From contig OZ245366.1 of assembly GCA_965226585.1 (NCBI GenBank), positions 1,376,001 to 1,440,000 of the forward strand: DNA of 64,000 bases. Reading direction: 5' to 3'. How positions within the stretch are numbered: position 1 is the first letter of the stretch; every line of letters begins with the position of its first letter. Below are positions 50,598-59,581 of this stretch, one piece after another. A program made the translations under genes and the position numbers. Source of the stretch: Thermodesulfobacteriota bacterium. GTDB lineage: Bacteria; Desulfobacterota_D; UBA1144; Nemesobacterales; Mycalebacteriaceae. The notes beneath the pieces were generated by a model that ran no database searches, was not told the DNA's origin, and was given only the letters and a program-made list of their open reading frames with translations.

Positions 50598-51436
50598 AAC
50601 TTCTGCTGATAATCACCGGACTTTCGGGAGCGGGCAAAAGCACGGCGCTGAGCCTTTTTGAAGACCGGGGTTTTATCTGCACGGACAATATGCCGCCCAA
50701 TCTCATCGGGGCTTTTGTGAAAGAGCACGGGGGTCCGTTTGCCGTTGTTGTTGATTCAAGAACTCCGGGCGGCGGGATTTGCGGGAACATATCGGCGATT
50801 GCGTCTGAACTTAAAGGCGAGGCGAGGGTTGAGACGATATTTCTTGACTCTTCCGACCGCACGATTGTAAAGCGGTACGGGGAGACGCGCAGAAACCACC
50901 CGCTTTCGCGTGACGGAAACATAGCCGAGGGCATAGAAAAAGAGCGCGCTCTGCTGAGAGAGGTGAGGGAAAAGGCGGACACGATTGTTGACACAAGCGC
51001 CTTCAACCCGCACGAACTCAGAGAGCATTTGACCTCTTTCGCGCGGCTTGAAACGGAAGGGGATATCCGCGTCAACATAACCTCGTTCGGTTTCAAGCAC
51101 GGGCCGCCGCCGGATGCGGACATGGTTTTTGACTCGCGCATGCTTCCAAATCCCAACTTCACCCCGAACCTCAAGCCCTTGTGCGGAAAGGATGATGAAA
51201 TCAGGGAATTTGTGTTCGCATCTCCCGAAGCCCGTGAATTTCTTGACAAAGCCGCGGGCATAATTGATTTTGTAGTCGGAATGTACAGGGGAAAGGACAA
51301 ACTCTATCTCAACGTCGCGGTCGGCTGCACGGGAGGCAGGCACAGGTCTGTTGCGGTGGCGGAGGCGATTGGAAGGAGCGGTGGAATTTCCGTAAAAAAT
51401 ATAAAGGTCGGGCACAGAGACATTGAAAAAATCTGA
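50594..51436 (+). CDS. rapZ: RNase adapter RapZ (YhbJ/YvcJ)
   Basis: GLSGAGKS, ETRRNHPL, SFGFKHG, GCTGGRHRSV. Confidence 0.93.
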   Translation: MKLLLIITGLSGAGKSTALSLFEDRGFICTDNMPPNLIGAFVKEHGGPFAVVVDSRTPGGGICGNISAIASELKGEARVETIFLDSSDRTIVKRYGETRRNHPLSRDGNIAEGIEKERALLREVREKADTIVDTSAFNPHELREHLTSFARLETEGDIRVNITSFGFKHGPPPDADMVFDSRMLPNPNFTPNLKPLCGKDDEIREFVFASPEAREFLDKAAGIIDFVVGMYRGKDKLYLNVAVGCTGGRHRSVAVAEAIGRSGGISVKNIKVGHRDIEKI

Positions 51437-51437
51437 G

Positions 51438-51869
51438 ATGAAACTGATACTGGTTGTTACTCACGGCGATCTTGCGGTTGAGTTTATAAAAACGGTTGAG
51501 TTTGTGCTGGGTGAGAAGCCGGCGGTTGAGATAAGGAGCATTTCTTTTGCTCCGGAGGGCGGTTTTGAGATGCTTTCGGGCGAGATTGAAAAACATCTTG
51601 GGGACAGAAAGCGGGAAGCGATAATTCTGACCGATATGTTTGGCGGAACGCCGTCAAATGTGAGTTTGACTTTCCTTGAACCCGGAAAGGTTGAGGTTAT
51701 AACGGGGCTTAATCTGCCGATGCTTCTAAAACTCGCCGCGATGAAGCCGCACACGCCGCTTGAAAAAGCCGTTGAAGCGGCGAAAAAAGCCGGACGCGAA
51801 AACGTGGTTTCGGCTGGCGACATACTGAACAAAAGCATCCCGCACGAATCAGGAGACAAAGACAAATGA
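51438..51869 (+). CDS. PTS mannose/fructose-family EIIA protein
   Basis: LVVTHG, TDMFGGTPSN, GLNLPML. Confidence 0.9.
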   Translation: MKLILVVTHGDLAVEFIKTVEFVLGEKPAVEIRSISFAPEGGFEMLSGEIEKHLGDRKREAIILTDMFGGTPSNVSLTFLEPGKVEVITGLNLPMLLKLAAMKPHTPLEKAVEAAKKAGRENVVSAGDILNKSIPHESGDKDK

Positions 51870-52195
51870 CGGATGAGCAGTTTGAGAAAGCGGTTGGCAA
51901 GTGGAAAAGTTTCATACTTAACGGGCCCCTCGCGGAGTACAGTCTCGACATCGCGCCTGAGATTTCAAAGGAGTTTGCCGCAGTCGCTCTGTTTCTGGAT
52001 ATGCAAACCGTCAGGGCTTCGGGAAATGATGAAAAATTCTACGAGGGCTACAGGGAGGCGTCTTCAGACCTTCTCAAGTTTATGGGGATTGAGATGTTTC
52101 AGGATGATGAGCGGAAGAGGGTTGCGCTTGTTCCGTCTTCGCGCGACCCTGAGGCGCAGGCGCGTCTTGCCCGCAGTATGTGGGGAGAGGTTTAG
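51866..52195 (+). CDS. Hypothetical protein
   Basis: 109-aa ORF with ATGA overlap and host-like codon usage. Confidence 0.7.
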   Translation: MTDEQFEKAVGKWKSFILNGPLAEYSLDIAPEISKEFAAVALFLDMQTVRASGNDEKFYEGYREASSDLLKFMGIEMFQDDERKRVALVPSSRDPEAQARLARSMWGEV

Positions 52196-52215
52196 AGGCG
52201 GCGGTCTTTTTTCCC

Positions 52216-53019
52216 ATGCGGATTGTTGACAGATTTGACGCATTTCTGATAGACATTGACGGAACCGTTGAAGAGGGCGCGGCTCCGGTGGCGCGGGCGG
52301 TTGCGTCTCTAAAAAAACTAAAAAAAACCGGAAAGCCGTTTTTATTTCTAACAAACAACGCCCGCCTCTCGCCGGGGGGATGGGCAAAAAAATTCAGAGA
52401 GAGGGGAATAGACGGCGTGCGCGCCGGGGATGTTGTAACTTCTGCAACTTCAACCGCGCGTTTCATAGAGCGCAGGTTCAAAGACCCTTGTTCAAAAAGG
52501 GCGTTTGTGGCGGGCAGTTCCGCTCTTGTGTCTGAAATACGGAAAACGGGAATTAGTCTTATAAAGCACGGCGAGGTGTCTTGCGGGTGTGATGTTGTGA
52601 TAGTGGGCGGGCACAAGGGTTTTAATTATTCAGACATAGCCGCCGCCGGAACCGCCGTCAGAAACGGCGCGGTTTTTCTCGCGACAAACTCAAACTTTGT
52701 TTATCCCGCTGGAAACGGGGAGTTTATGCCCGCCACCGGAGCCCTTGCGGCGGCGGTTGAAAAGGTGTCGCGCAAAAGACCTGTTATCACCGGAAAACCG
52801 CATCCCGGCATTTTCAAGATGTGCATGAAGATTCTCGGCACCGGCGCGGAGAGAACCGCGGTTATTGGAGACAGTTTGAAAACCGACATCAAGGGCGGAA
52901 AAAGAGCGGGAATAAAAACCGTTCTCACGCTCACGGGAATTTCATCAAGGGCGGACATACAAAAATCCCGCCACAAACCGGATTATGTGATTGAAGATTT
53001 ATCGGGGCTGTTTGGGTAA
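52216..53019 (+). CDS. HAD-superfamily subfamily IIA hydrolase (NagD-like)
   Basis: DIDGT, LTNN, GKP, IGDSLKTDI. Confidence 0.9.
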   Translation: MRIVDRFDAFLIDIDGTVEEGAAPVARAVASLKKLKKTGKPFLFLTNNARLSPGGWAKKFRERGIDGVRAGDVVTSATSTARFIERRFKDPCSKRAFVAGSSALVSEIRKTGISLIKHGEVSCGCDVVIVGGHKGFNYSDIAAAGTAVRNGAVFLATNSNFVYPAGNGEFMPATGALAAAVEKVSRKRPVITGKPHPGIFKMCMKILGTGAERTAVIGDSLKTDIKGGKRAGIKTVLTLTGISSRADIQKSRHKPDYVIEDLSGLFG

Positions 53020-53042
53020 CCCGTTAAAACCTTGTAAAGAGG

Positions 53043-53501
53043 TTAAGCCCTCACGCCTATTTCAAGGCGCAAGCCGAGAAGCGATGAGACTTTGCAAAGT
53101 TGTGTAAGGTTTTTATTGGGTAGCGCGGGGTTTAGCAGCCGCTGAATTTGATTATCTGAAGTTTTCAGACAGCGAGCCAGATACTTCTTTGAAATTTTCT
53201 TGCGTAACAGTTCTTCGTTTATGCGAGCAACTGTGTTTTCAATTTGATTTTGAAGAACATATTCGGGGTCTTGTGTGAGAAAAAGCGGTTGGTCTGAGGG
53301 CATATAATCCGCCGTGCCATCAGCAAACTTCAGCCCCAGAGTCATGTTTTTTGTTTCTTTGTCTATCCACACTTTTTCAATGTTTTTGCCTATGCCGATT
53401 GAGCCGTAATGAACTGTCGCCTCTTTGCCGCTTGCGTAGACAACATTAATCTCTTTCTTTCTATTGGAAAAAGTGGCTGATTTGAGTTTCGGAGTTTTCA
53501 T
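53043..53501 (-). CDS. Putative antitoxin with C-terminal XRE-like HTH
   Basis: ISKKYLARCLKTSDNQIQRLLNP...NLTQL HTH; ATGA overlap with upstream DUF4160 gene. Confidence 0.65.
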   Translation of the reverse strand: MKTPKLKSATFSNRKKEINVVYASGKEATVHYGSIGIGKNIEKVWIDKETKNMTLGLKFADGTADYMPSDQPLFLTQDPEYVLQNQIENTVARINEELLRKKISKKYLARCLKTSDNQIQRLLNPALPNKNLTQLCKVSSLLGLRLEIGVRA

Positions 53502-53692
53502 ATCTTTCCCTCCCTTGCGAGTTCCTCAAGGATTTTTCTCAACTTTCCGCTCATGCGTCCGCTCAAAACCCTCATTTGCGGAACGGAAACTTTGGCGACA
53601 AAATCACCGTCTTTATAGATGTGAACATGCTTCGGCTGGTGGTCTCCCATCCACCATTCAATTATGTAACCGCCGCGCTTTTCCCGTCCCAT
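53498..53692 (-). CDS. DUF4160-family small protein (putative toxin)
   Basis: 64 aa with DHQPKHVH motif. Confidence 0.7.
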   Translation of the reverse strand: MGREKRGGYIIEWWMGDHQPKHVHIYKDGDFVAKVSVPQMRVLSGRMSGKLRKILEELAREGKI

Positions 53693-53701
53693 TGGTAAAC
53701 A

Positions 53702-53717
53702 CTACTATATGTAGTAG
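53702..53717. promoter_or_regulatory. Palindromic operator candidate upstream of the DUF4160-HTH operon
   Basis: CTACTA-TATG-TAGTAG perfect 6-4-6 inverted repeat about 10 nt upstream of ATG 53692. Confidence 0.55.
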
Positions 53718-53741
53718 AGGTTGTCCAATTATACTCAACGG

Positions 53742-56700
53742 TCAGTTTGCAAAACCTGGATTTGATACAACTTGAATTTTGGCATCTGCAATTGACTTAA
53801 TCTGCTGTCTTACACCTTGATACACTTTTTCTTTATCGTTAAAAAAATCAGTACTCCACACCCTGATAATATTCCACCCTTGGCTCTCAAGGATAGACTG
53901 CCTGAGGAAATCTCGCTCGCGAGCGTAACGGGAACTGTGATAGGACGCTCCGTCAAGTTCAATGCCACAAAGATAACCATAGGGATAAGAAGGGTGTTTT
54001 ATTCCCAAATCAATTCGCCATCCGCTCACTCCAACTTGCGATGTCACTTGATAACCGTCATTTGTAAGTCTTTCAGAAAACCATTTTTCCCAAGGCGAAT
54101 CAAAAGTTCCTGTTTCGGCAATTATCCTTGATGTTTCCAAATGTCCGGTTTCGGCAAACATCAGGTAGCGACTGAGTACTTGAGCTCCTTCCTTCTCGGA
54201 AGTTATATCGTTGGGTTTCAATGACGTATAGACCCTTAGCTGCTTCTTTGCTCTTGTAATCAAAACATTAATTCTCTTTTCGCCCTGATCTTGGTTTATA
54301 GGTCCAAACCTTTGAAAGACCTTATTGTTCATGTCTTTGCCAAATACTGTTGATATCATAATTACATCACGTTCGTCCCCTTGAACGCTCTCAAGGTTTT
54401 TTATGAAAAAATACTCCTGATCGTCTTTCCACCGGTCGATATATTCTGCAATGTTGGAATTATGAATTATTTTTTCATACATTAACTCTTCTATTCTTTG
54501 AGATTGTCTCAAGTTCAGCGCGGCAACACCGAGACTGCAATCCTTGTTTTTGGGGTCGAGCATGAATTCACATATATCATTAACAATTCTCTCCGCTTCC
54601 ATAGGATTGGGGTTGGTTGAATTTCCGATATTGCCTCTGCCGGGATTATACTCGCCGCCAACATCAATATGCTTAATACCCAACTCATCTGTCTTTTTTA
54701 ATTGAGATGGAATAACCATTAGTTCATTTTTATAAAATTCAGCATTGGAAAATTGAATCAAGCTTTCATGTTGTGACCTATAATGGTAGAGCAAGCGTCT
54801 CCTTGAGGTGAAAGCTCCACAAGCCCGTTCAAGAATGGACTCATTTTTAATCTGCTGAACATGTTGCGGTGCAAGGTGTGAGACCATGTAGTTGGTGGGT
54901 GGCATCTGTTTTGAATCTCCCACAACCACATATTGTTTGCTTCTTAACATGGACCCGGCTGCCTCCTCAACTAGCATCTGAGAGGCTTCATCGATAACCA
55001 ACAGATCAAACTCAAACTCTTTCAAGAGAAAATCTGACACGGAAGAAGGCGTCATAAGAAAACAGGGAGCAAAAGCCTGCAAGGCCTTTCCTGATTTATT
55101 CATGAGTTCACGCACGGTCACCCGAGAAGTAGGGAATTCCCCAATATGCTTGAGCAAGTTCATTCCTGTCTTTTCTCTTACTCTACGAGCTCTGTTTCCA
55201 CTCAAGTCGCCTTTGGGAGGCTTGTTCTGAATCATTTTACAATACAACTTGTCCAACTCTTCTGTGGCACTCGCAAGGAGATTTCTCTTGTTCTGGATAA
55301 ATTCTCCATTATAGTCCTGATACTTTGGATGATTCTTAGATAGTGAGCGTGCCAAAGACTCAAAAATTGCAACTTCAAGGGTTTTGTGCATTGAAGATTT
55401 TCTTTCCAGAACATCTCTAACAAAATCGGAAATTTGTGAGAAATAAGTTTCGAGATCCTTAATGGTGTGGTTGATTCCCACCAAATCATTAAAATGCTCA
55501 CGATGTTCCCGTATCAGTCCAATTTGTTTGTGGATATCGCTAAAATCCAGTCTGGCACAATCACTTTTGCATAAATTCTCAAGTGATTTTATGTTCTCAT
55601 TATCCTGTTTAAACTCTGCTGACAACTTATTAAGTTTCGATTCTATCTCTTCAACAGTTCTTTGTTCGCCTTCAATACTCGAAATTTCATTCTCAAGATT
55701 CGACATATCTTTGAAGAGTGTGTCAATTTTGTTCAAGTGCTCCACCACTTCTCCATAACCGCTGACTTCGCCGACTACCATGCTCCTTGTACGCTTTGTC
55801 GCACGGTACAAATCAGAGTAAAAGAACCATGCGACTTTTGGGAAAAAGAGTTTTGCAAACCAACTGGCTTCAGACATCAAGGTCTGTAGCTTTAAGAGTT
55901 TGTTGGGTTCGGGAATTTCACTCTTTACATAGTTTGTATCTAAAATCTTTCTGGTTTCTCTAAGTTGAAGAGCAAGAGATAGTTTCTTTTTGTTGCGTTC
56001 AATAGGTTCTTTTTGACTGGCAAGATTCTGATTCGGGGCGGACTCTACACGCTTACCAAAGTAAGAATAAAGTTTTTCTATATCAGAGAAAAAATCACCC
56101 ATGTGAAATTGATCAAGCTTTGTTGTTGATTTCAGTATTTTTATCTCTTTTACTGTGTTGCGCCCTACTTTCTCAATTGCCCGATCAATGTCTTCAGCAC
56201 TACTCAAAACATTCTCAATCTGCTCCCCGCTCAACTTTGTTGAATCCAACCCCATTACCGGCAAATTAGCGTCTTTAATAGATGCATAGCGAGTCATGAT
56301 TTGTTGCGAATTCAATCCAGTTTCTCCAACATTATGTCTCAAAAATTCACAATATTTGTTAAGGTGATTTCTTTCTTTTTTGTATTTGTTGTATTTTCTG
56401 GTGAATTCACTTTTGGTGTCTTCAAATGACTTGCCGTTTTGAGTTCGTATAAGATTTCCTATTTTTTCAAACAAAGATTTTTTGTTTCCATACTCCGAAT
56501 GTAGCGGCATGCACTTGTTGTCCAAACCTATTTGTTCCAGACGGTTGTAAACTACATTGAGTGCTGCTGTTTTCTGAGCAAGAAAAAGAACTTTTTTGTC
56601 ATGATGGATAGCATTCGCCAATATGTTGACTATGGTCTGTGATTTGCCGGTTCCGGGAGGGCCTTCCAGGACAAGGTTTTTCTCCTTTGCCACATCCACT

Positions 56701-57752
56701 ATTGATGAATATTGAGACGAGTCTGCTTTGATTGCCGTGTAGGGAACCAAAGATGTAATTTCATCACTATCAATATTGTAGCTTGGTGGAAATTCAGCCT
56801 CACCGCCATCTATTCCGGCAATTCCATAAAAATTCTCAATTTGTTCGTTTGAATATCCCTTTGGATCGAGTTCTTCAAGAGGAATACCCGTTGACTTAAA
56901 ATGACCAATTGCCATGCGATGCTGAAAACTCCAACCTTCCTTGTTAAGACTTCCAAGCATTGTATCAATTTTAGCAAGGTAGTCGTGAACACCTGATTTT
57001 TCACCATCCCCGCTTACATACTGCGGAAATGTCTGTTTGATTTCTTGCTGAAATATTGGAATCAGGATGCGGTTTGTTCCGTAGTCTTTTCCCGATGCCT
57101 CAATGGAAAATTTGTTTTTAGATTCTTGTATTTCAAGCGGCACAAGAAATATGGGAGAGTTATACTCTCTTCTCTGACCACCACTTACAATTCTGTTCCA
57201 CTTAAGAAAACCAACCGCCAAATAACATGTATCAATTCCCTTTTCTCTTTTGTGTTCGTCAACAGATTTGCACAATTTCTTCAGAAACTTTTGAAATCGG
57301 TCGTTAGGTATATCTGTCTGAATTTTTCCATCAATGTGGGCAGGATTTTCCTCATTTATCTTAGCATCAAGATTATATTTTCTCTCTGGGATAACTTCCT
57401 CTATCGGTGGAAGTCCTGATTTCTCCCGGGCCTTATTCTTGAATTCGCGCAGTTCTTCTTCTGGAATATCTTCTTTGTCTTTCTCGTGTTTGTTAAGAAT
57501 TTCGACCAGAGACTGAGAAAAAAACATATTGTCTTCCTCATCTCTAAGATAGTCCTCATCGTCTCTAAGTGGATCTAAGACAAACGGTTTGCCACCAATC
57601 AGTCCATCAACAATAAATGTGGGCACTTCATTAATTACATTGATTACAGTTCCTGTTCCGCCCGGCATTAGTCTTTTGTTAACAAGATCATTTCCACTAA
57701 TCCTGATTAAACGTTCTCTCAATTCTTCAAGAAATCTGAGTTTGTCGTCCAT
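53742..57752 (-). CDS. DUF4011 - SF1 (Upf1-like) helicase - Vsr-like nuclease protein (Hhe-like defence protein)
   Basis: YLAVGFLKW...SPIFLVP (DUF4011), EGPPGTGKSQT, IDEASQ, GDSKQMPP, HYRSQHESLI, QGDERD, DSPWE...RIDLGI...IELDGASYH...RVWSTD. Confidence 0.85.
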   Translation of the reverse strand: MDDKLRFLEELRERLIRISGNDLVNKRLMPGGTGTVINVINEVPTFIVDGLIGGKPFVLDPLRDDEDYLRDEEDNMFFSQSLVEILNKHEKDKEDIPEEELREFKNKAREKSGLPPIEEVIPERKYNLDAKINEENPAHIDGKIQTDIPNDRFQKFLKKLCKSVDEHKREKGIDTCYLAVGFLKWNRIVSGGQRREYNSPIFLVPLEIQESKNKFSIEASGKDYGTNRILIPIFQQEIKQTFPQYVSGDGEKSGVHDYLAKIDTMLGSLNKEGWSFQHRMAIGHFKSTGIPLEELDPKGYSNEQIENFYGIAGIDGGEAEFPPSYNIDSDEITSLVPYTAIKADSSQYSSIVDVAKEKNLVLEGPPGTGKSQTIVNILANAIHHDKKVLFLAQKTAALNVVYNRLEQIGLDNKCMPLHSEYGNKKSLFEKIGNLIRTQNGKSFEDTKSEFTRKYNKYKKERNHLNKYCEFLRHNVGETGLNSQQIMTRYASIKDANLPVMGLDSTKLSGEQIENVLSSAEDIDRAIEKVGRNTVKEIKILKSTTKLDQFHMGDFFSDIEKLYSYFGKRVESAPNQNLASQKEPIERNKKKLSLALQLRETRKILDTNYVKSEIPEPNKLLKLQTLMSEASWFAKLFFPKVAWFFYSDLYRATKRTRSMVVGEVSGYGEVVEHLNKIDTLFKDMSNLENEISSIEGEQRTVEEIESKLNKLSAEFKQDNENIKSLENLCKSDCARLDFSDIHKQIGLIREHREHFNDLVGINHTIKDLETYFSQISDFVRDVLERKSSMHKTLEVAIFESLARSLSKNHPKYQDYNGEFIQNKRNLLASATEELDKLYCKMIQNKPPKGDLSGNRARRVREKTGMNLLKHIGEFPTSRVTVRELMNKSGKALQAFAPCFLMTPSSVSDFLLKEFEFDLLVIDEASQMLVEEAAGSMLRSKQYVVVGDSKQMPPTNYMVSHLAPQHVQQIKNESILERACGAFTSRRRLLYHYRSQHESLIQFSNAEFYKNELMVIPSQLKKTDELGIKHIDVGGEYNPGRGNIGNSTNPNPMEAERIVNDICEFMLDPKNKDCSLGVAALNLRQSQRIEELMYEKIIHNSNIAEYIDRWKDDQEYFFIKNLESVQGDERDVIMISTVFGKDMNNKVFQRFGPINQDQGEKRINVLITRAKKQLRVYTSLKPNDITSEKEGAQVLSRYLMFAETGHLETSRIIAETGTFDSPWEKWFSERLTNDGYQVTSQVGVSGWRIDLGIKHPSYPYGYLCGIELDGASYHSSRYARERDFLRQSILESQGWNIIRVWSTDFFNDKEKVYQGVRQQIKSIADAKIQVVSNPGFAN

Positions 57753-57763
57753 TGTGAAAGCGC

Positions 57764-59026
57764 CTACCCTTTCTTCATCTCTTCCTGATTCTTCAGCCCT
57801 GTTTTCGGTGCCTGCACAAGAACCGCCATTTTGCCTGAATGTTTGTTCTCGTACATATTTTGATGCGCAAGCGGGATGTCTTTGTATTCAAAAACCTCAG
57901 ACATCACGGGGTTGATTATCCCCCTGTGAACAAGCGCGTTGGCGCGTATGCACTCAAGAGCATTGGCAAAATGCGAGCCGAGAATTTTCTTCTGGTGCAT
58001 CCACAGATAACGCACGTCAAACGAACAGTCATAACCCGTTGTTCCGGCGCAAATCACAATACGCCCGAAACGGTTGCACACAAAAACACTTGTCGGAAAA
58101 GTCCCCTCGCCCGGATGCTCAAAAACAACATTGGGATTTTTCCGCTCGCCCATAATCTCCCAAATCGCCTTGCCGAATTTCTTTGTGTCTTCCATCCGCG
58201 CTTTTTTGCGCTCCGGCGTTTCGTCTTTTGAATACATCAAATCCGGGAAATCCCGCCGGTTTATCGTTCCCTTCGCGCCAAGTTCCACGCACATCTTCGC
58301 CTTCTCTTCCGAAGACACAATCGCAATACAATCTGCGCCCATCATCTTGCAAATCTGTATCGCGAAAACCCCCAGCCCCCCGGCTCCGCCCCAGATAAGG
58401 ACAAGTTCTCCGGGCTCAATTTTGCACTGGGAAACAAGCATCCTGTAAGCCGTGAAATAACACAGTCCGTATGATGCCGCCGCCTCCCAGGTGAGATGCG
58501 GCGGTTTTGCGAGAATCTGCTGAGCCTGAACGCAAGTGAACTGCGCGAATGAGCCGTTGGGCGTTTCATATCCCCAAATCTGGTCTCCCGCGCTCACCAT
58601 CGGGTCGTAGGTTATGAAATCGCCCGGGGTCTGCGTGCGGTTGCCGTGAGACGGGTCTTCCACATTGCAGTGGATTATAACTTCATCGCCGGGTTTCCAG
58701 CTTTTCACATTTGAGCCGACTGCCCAGACAATTCCCGCCGCGTCACTTCCGGCGATATGGAAATCCTGCTTGTGTATGTCAAGAACCGAAATCGGTTCTC
58801 CAAGCCCCGCCCAGACACCGTTAAAATTAACGCCCGCCGCCATAACCAGCACAAGAACCTCATCCGGTCCCGGTTGAGGCGTGGCAACTTCTTCCTCTTG
58901 AAACGATTTCATCGGCTCGCCGTGGCGGTCCTTGCGTATAACCCACGCTTTCATCATCTCCGGCATTTCGCCGATTTCGGGAAGCGTCCCGAGTTCAAAT
59001 ACTTTTGGCATATCTATTTCCTCCAT
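57764..59026 (-). CDS. ccrA: Crotonyl-CoA carboxylase/reductase
   Basis: VMAAGVNFNGVW, HIAGSDAAG, IWGYET, CAGTTGY, WMHQKKILGSHFAN. Confidence 0.88.
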   Translation of the reverse strand: MEEIDMPKVFELGTLPEIGEMPEMMKAWVIRKDRHGEPMKSFQEEEVATPQPGPDEVLVLVMAAGVNFNGVWAGLGEPISVLDIHKQDFHIAGSDAAGIVWAVGSNVKSWKPGDEVIIHCNVEDPSHGNRTQTPGDFITYDPMVSAGDQIWGYETPNGSFAQFTCVQAQQILAKPPHLTWEAAASYGLCYFTAYRMLVSQCKIEPGELVLIWGGAGGLGVFAIQICKMMGADCIAIVSSEEKAKMCVELGAKGTINRRDFPDLMYSKDETPERKKARMEDTKKFGKAIWEIMGERKNPNVVFEHPGEGTFPTSVFVCNRFGRIVICAGTTGYDCSFDVRYLWMHQKKILGSHFANALECIRANALVHRGIINPVMSEVFEYKDIPLAHQNMYENKHSGKMAVLVQAPKTGLKNQEEMKKG

Positions 59027-59581
59027 TTATTTTGCAATCAAAGGTTTATGGATTGCATAGTATTGTTTCCTATCTTTCTTTTGAGAATCAAAAAACATTT
59101 CCTCAAGATGTTGCGCACTTCTGATTTCTTCTTTGATTATTTTAATTAGAGTTGCCTTTTCATAATCAGCGGGTTTGGTATTTCTCCACGAAAGCATGAA
59201 ATCAAAATGCTCTCCGTGCCAAAGCAACCTTCCGGGAAGTCCTGATTGCTTAAAGTTTCCGACAAAAAAACCATATCTTAAGTGAGGGTGAACACTTTTG
59301 TGTGCTACTGCCTTTTTACTATAGGTTATGGCATCATGCGTTGTAACCTTGCCAAATTTAACTTCCACTACAACTCTTGGCTTCCAGACACGACCAACAC
59401 GCTCAGAAATTAGCAAGTCCGTCCTGTACTTCTTCGGTCTTGTTAAAGGAGTACCGCTTTCTTCATACTCTCTGACTTCATGAGCGTACAACAACCCTTT
59501 TTCTTTCTCAACGGAATACTTGTTTGAAAGATTTTCTGTCAGTATATTAGCAACAATCTCTGTAAAATCTTTTTCTTTCAC
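59027..59581 (-). CDS. Hypothetical PD-(D/E)xK nuclease-fold protein
   Basis: YRTDLLI...VVVEVK; AT-rich; GTGA overlap with trpS stop. Confidence 0.6.
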   Translation of the reverse strand: MKEKDFTEIVANILTENLSNKYSVEKEKGLLYAHEVREYEESGTPLTRPKKYRTDLLISERVGRVWKPRVVVEVKFGKVTTHDAITYSKKAVAHKSVHPHLRYGFFVGNFKQSGLPGRLLWHGEHFDFMLSWRNTKPADYEKATLIKIIKEEIRSAQHLEEMFFDSQKKDRKQYYAIHKPLIAK

